The position numbers and the translations under genes were made by a program. This document shows, piece by piece, positions 52,613 through 55,776 of a stretch of DNA of 55,776 nt. Where the stretch lies: the NCBI GenBank assembly GCA_037139495.1, contig JBAXGG010000002.1, positions 1 to 55,776 of the forward strand, given 5' to 3'. How positions within the stretch are numbered: position 1 is the first letter of the stretch; each line of letters opens with the position of its first letter. This DNA is from Candidatus Saccharimonadota bacterium. GTDB taxonomy: Bacteria > Patescibacteriota > Saccharimonadia > Saccharimonadales > JAUPVS01. The notes beneath the pieces are model-generated. The model saw only the letters and a program-made list of their open reading frames with translations. It ran no database searches and was not told the DNA's origin.

Positions 52613-53541
52613 TCTAAGACAATCCTCTGGCCTTTAACGTCAATATCAGTTTGGGTCTGCACTAGAACATCACTAATTATATGCTGGTCGGCAAAACCTT
52701 GATAGTGCCCGCTGCCTAGAGCCACTAGGCACGAGGCGTAAACGTCTGCCAACAACCCAGTCGACATGCAAACCGTGGCCGTCAAAATGTCGGTTCTGGC
52801 CGGTTCACCACTTTCCGAACTAATTATGTGGTGCCAGGCTGAGCCGTTGTAACGACCCTGGCGTTTAGTTATCCCAGAGGTGGCAATCGCCAAAGGTTTA
52901 TCTGTTGGTATTATTACCCTTGCTAGTGTCTGCGAAGGGTGCAAAGCGTTTGCGATACTTACCGTCCAGGGATGTCCGTCGGGCTGGCTTCCCCGCGCTA
53001 AGATGTCACCGCCCAGCGATAGCCAGTAATCGTTAATTTTGCTCCTAGATAGGTAATCTCCTAATTGATCCAGCAGGTAACCTTTACCACACCCGCCCAG
53101 GTCAATCGCGCTGTTAGCCGGGATCCGGGCGGTTGTAGCGGTTAACTTTAAATTTAACGCATCGACAACTTGCCGATCCGAATAATCGGGTGGATCAGCG
53201 GTGGCGGCGGTTGGTATCCAAGATTTTATGTAACCAACTCTTTGTAGGGCCGGGAGAATAAATGGATTGAACATCCCGTCAGTAGCTACCGACATTTTTT
53301 GAGAAATTACTAACAAGTCATGGAAAGCTGGCGAAATAATAATGGTTTTGCCGGCCTTCTGATTCAGTTGGGTAATTTCGCTATCCAACCGGAAGCGGCT
53401 GAAACGCCGGTTGAATTCGTCGATTTCTTGCCAAAGTTCACTAAATACTCTCTCAATTGCTAGAGATTTTTCATCTGAAGATAGAGTCAAATGTACTTTT
53501 GATCCAAGGGCAGTTTTAGATTGTTGATAAACTTGCTTCAC
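52609..53541 (-). CDS. apbE: FAD:protein FMN transferase (ApbE family)
   Basis: 310 aa. ApbE-like blocks DGMFNP, AIDLGGCGKGYLLD and AIATSG. I saw no signal peptide or lipobox at the N-terminus. Confidence 0.8.
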   Translation of the reverse strand: MKQVYQQSKTALGSKVHLTLSSDEKSLAIERVFSELWQEIDEFNRRFSRFRLDSEITQLNQKAGKTIIISPAFHDLLVISQKMSVATDGMFNPFILPALQRVGYIKSWIPTAATADPPDYSDRQVVDALNLKLTATTARIPANSAIDLGGCGKGYLLDQLGDYLSRSKINDYWLSLGGDILARGSQPDGHPWTVSIANALHPSQTLARVIIPTDKPLAIATSGITKRQGRYNGSAWHHIISSESGEPARTDILTATVCMSTGLLADVYASCLVALGSGHYQGFADQHIISDVLVQTQTDIDVKGQRIVLE

Positions 53542-54569
53542 GAAACAGTTGACACTGGCTGTTGATAAGTTCGACTTTGAGTTGGGGCCGTCGTAACCGA
53601 TGGTGTGGCTGCTGTACTGGTAACGGCCGGGGTGGCAGTGATCGTTGGAGCCGGCGTACCACTATTAGACCTAGGCGCATCATCACTTAAGCTGCTTAGC
53701 TTGGCGGCGGCTTCGGCTGACAACGTTGAATGAGCCAGCAGATCGGTGGTTGTAATCGCGCCGATAATCAGCATAAACGCAACTGCAGCTAAGCCGTATG
53801 TCGAAAACATCAACTGGCTCAATGATCGCCTAGCCCCCCGCTCAACAACGGCTTTAGCTTGGGTGAAGGCTTCGTTGTTAATACGAATGGCCGGCGTTCC
53901 TTGTTCTGACAACATTTCGGTCATATCATCCATAAAACTAGCTGAACCGCACAAAAAGAAACTAGTTGTTTCAAAATTCTGACGAGCAGCCTTGGTTAGC
54001 ATTGATTTACTGATTCGACCTGATACAACATGGCTAGAATCAAAGCGTGAAGTATCACCTTTAGAGACAAAAAAGACTACCCTAAAGCGCGAGTTTGTCT
54101 TTTCTAAGGCCAGTAATTCGTCAGCAAATGGCGCATCCTTCTGGTCACGTACAGAGTAAAATAATGTAAAAGTATTCTCTGCCCCTTCTGTTACAGCCGC
54201 AGCTAGAATACTCATAATTGGCGTTATACCAATACCCCCCGCTAAAAAGACGGAGTTTTGATCGAACTGCCGGTCGTAAACAAACTCACCAAATGAGCCA
54301 TCAATATCTACGGCACTATTTAGAGGTAGTTCCTGTAGAGCAGTCGTAAATTGTCCCTCTACTTTTACAGCAAATTGCAAAATACCCTGGTCATTAGGTC
54401 GGTTAACTATAGAAAAACAACGAGCTGGAGTTGGTCGCCCAAGACGTGTAAAGCGTAAAGCGGCATATTGCCCCGGCCAAAAACCAATACCACGTGAGTT
54501 TTTGGGCTCAAAGGTCAGAAGGATAGAGCTGGCTGTCAAAATTTTGCGTTCAGTTAATAAGTACTTCAT
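53538..54569 (-). CDS. FNR-like FAD/NAD(P)-binding oxidoreductase with a C-terminal TM anchor and S/T/P-rich tail
   Basis: 343 aa. The FAD motif is RCFSIVN (R-x-Y/F-S) and the NAD motif is LAGGIGITP, with CGS near the end of the domain. A TM follows (YGLAAVAFMLIIGAITT), then the tail TPAPTITATPAVTSTAATPSVTTAP. Confidence 0.75.
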   Translation of the reverse strand: MKYLLTERKILTASSILLTFEPKNSRGIGFWPGQYAALRFTRLGRPTPARCFSIVNRPNDQGILQFAVKVEGQFTTALQELPLNSAVDIDGSFGEFVYDRQFDQNSVFLAGGIGITPIMSILAAAVTEGAENTFTLFYSVRDQKDAPFADELLALEKTNSRFRVVFFVSKGDTSRFDSSHVVSGRISKSMLTKAARQNFETTSFFLCGSASFMDDMTEMLSEQGTPAIRINNEAFTQAKAVVERGARRSLSQLMFSTYGLAAVAFMLIIGAITTTDLLAHSTLSAEAAAKLSSLSDDAPRSNSGTPAPTITATPAVTSTAATPSVTTAPTQSRTYQQPVSTVS

Positions 54570-54630
54570 TGGATGATAGTATGAGCTCCGGAGCTTAGTT
54601 TAGGCTGAGAGATTGCCAGCCTTCATTTGG

Positions 54631-55176
54631 CTATTTTGTTCTGGAAATATGGCGCAAACCAAGTAGAACGAGCACGCCCATAACAGCCGCGCCAGCGAAT
54701 GCGGCCACAGCGGCATACATAGCAATTAAACCAAATGTCCAGTAGGCATAGCCATCACCGAGCAAGATTCCCCGTAATGTTTCGCCCTGGAACAATGTAG
54801 CTTTTTGAGCAGCTAATTTTGGATTATTCGGATCATTCTTGGCGTCGGCACTAACCTCGGAGTAAGTTTTACCACCGGCAACTTTAGCGAGGTGGCGGCC
54901 AATAAACCCGTTAGCGTAGGCTTTAGCCTTAGGGCCATCATCGACCTGTTGGCCAGCGTACTTCTGTAAATCAGGGAACTCAGCAGGGTCCAAAGCCGCA
55001 CTACCTTTTGCTGGGAAGTAAATTTTTTGCTGCACTAGTTCTGTTCTGACACTGTTAGTCGCAAATGTGTAGGCATACCAAGACAAGCAGCCCACCACAA
55101 TAAGCGTTGCCATCATAGCAACTCCTAATAATACAAATACCTTATCAATTGTTTTTCTGTCTGATTTTTTAGCCAT
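54631..55176 (-). CDS. Hypothetical protein with N- and C-terminal TM anchors
   Basis: 181 aa with TM helices at both ends and a soluble middle domain of about 110 aa. No recognisable motif. Confidence 0.6.
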   Translation of the reverse strand: MAKKSDRKTIDKVFVLLGVAMMATLIVVGCLSWYAYTFATNSVRTELVQQKIYFPAKGSAALDPAEFPDLQKYAGQQVDDGPKAKAYANGFIGRHLAKVAGGKTYSEVSADAKNDPNNPKLAAQKATLFQGETLRGILLGDGYAYWTFGLIAMYAAVAAFAGAAVMGVLVLLGLRHISRTK

Positions 55177-55267
55177 TATATAAATTTTTATATTTTTCTA
55201 TTATCATAAGGATTATTTTACCACCTCTTAAACATCAAATAAAGATAAAACGTGATAATCTACACTT

Positions 55268-55657
55268 ATGCTTAGATTACTTAAAATTGCAATAATTTCG
55301 TGCATTGTTTTTGGCTTGTTCTTGCTAGGGGCAGGAGACGGCAGGTTACTGGGGATCTCTGGAAGTATCGGTTTTTTGATTTTGTTCCTGGGGTCGGGCT
55401 GGTTCGCCATTATGGCGAATGTTTATGCTATGAAAATATCTGATGACATTAACCCGCCTAGTCCTTTCTACGTTGTTGGTCTTGTATTATTTGTCATCGG
55501 AGCCATCATATCGGGTATACTATATCGCACCAGTTTAAACTCACTTCAAAGTGATGCTATCGCAATGGTAGGCCTGACTTTATTGGCGATATCAATAGGT
55601 GTACCTGGCCTGGTAATCCTAACTATCAGCGCACTCCGACTACCCGATAATACTTAG
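55268..55657 (+). CDS. Hypothetical 4-TM membrane protein
   Basis: 129-aa hydrophobic ORF. Confidence 0.55.
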   Translation: MLRLLKIAIISCIVFGLFLLGAGDGRLLGISGSIGFLILFLGSGWFAIMANVYAMKISDDINPPSPFYVVGLVLFVIGAIISGILYRTSLNSLQSDAIAMVGLTLLAISIGVPGLVILTISALRLPDNT

Positions 55658-55776
55658 AATATAATCGTAGTGTTTGGTAACTCTGATTTTAATTTACTAA
55701 GTGTACTTGGGCTAATCGGGTTTCCGGTAAGATTGAACTCTTTTAGAGTATTTTTGAGATTAGCGAGTTCATTGGG
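55654..55776 (-). CDS. 3' end of a leucine-rich-repeat protein (partial; continues beyond the window)
   Basis: Hand translation is open to the window edge: PNELANLKNTLKEFNLTGNPISPSTLSKLKSELPNTTIIF*. It has the LRR pattern L..L.L.GN.IS. Confidence 0.5.
   Translation of the reverse strand, partial: PNELANLKNTLKEFNLTGNPISPSTLSKLKSELPNTTIIF

Noticed and set aside
1-55776. CRISPR arrays, rRNA genes, transposases, integrases, phage structural genes and toxin-antitoxin pairs.
   Set aside because: I saw no regularly spaced direct repeats, no rRNA-like conserved stretches and no ORFs with recombinase, transposase or phage signatures in any frame of the supplied track.

Overview
This is a 55.8-kb, gene-dense chromosomal window from a compact bacterium. 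It uses the standard genetic code and its tRNA genes encode CCA. Most genes are on the minus strand, and many overlap by 1-4 nt.

The content is mainly housekeeping:
- Folate and one-carbon metabolism: folA, folC, glyA.
- Cell envelope: an LCP ligase, murB, an HTH-murA fusion, murJ, a VKOR-family protein and a type IV pilin-like protein.
- Recombination and repair: recA-recX, ruvC-ruvA-ruvB.
- Heat shock: hrcA-grpE-dnaK-dnaJ with a CIRCE-like operator.
- RNA and translation: rny-ymdB, tsaE-tsaB, lepA, tilS, ftsH.
- Oxidative pentose-phosphate genes: pgl-gnd-zwf.
- Six tRNA genes.

The many small transmembrane (TM) ORFs, Thr/Ser/Pro-rich tails, pilin-like gene and reduced metabolism fit a Patescibacteria/Saccharibacteria-like organism. 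That assignment is inference only.

Observations worth a second look:
1. An AT-rich islet of four genes sits next to tRNA-Lys. It is organised as three promoter-bearing units, each closed by a repeated core that mimics the tRNA-Lys 3' end. A fourth, inverted copy of the core lies at 65-95.
2. A rimK locus contains a RimB-like aspartic-protease domain fused to a second ATP-grasp, next to a divergent GGDEF cyclase.
3. A NOX/ferric-reductase-like module is split into an FNR-like protein and a di-heme-type membrane protein, with ApbE between them.
4. A two-ring Hsp100/Clp ATPase is membrane-anchored, has no ClpP-docking loop that I can see, and is translationally coupled to a small membrane protein.
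5. An XRE HTH domain is fused in frame to MurA.
6. Two orphan ORFs are translationally coupled inside the dnaK operon.

I saw no CRISPR array, rRNA, transposase or integrase. Hand-derived coordinates (tRNAs, repeats, hairpins, small ORFs) may be off by 1-2 nt.
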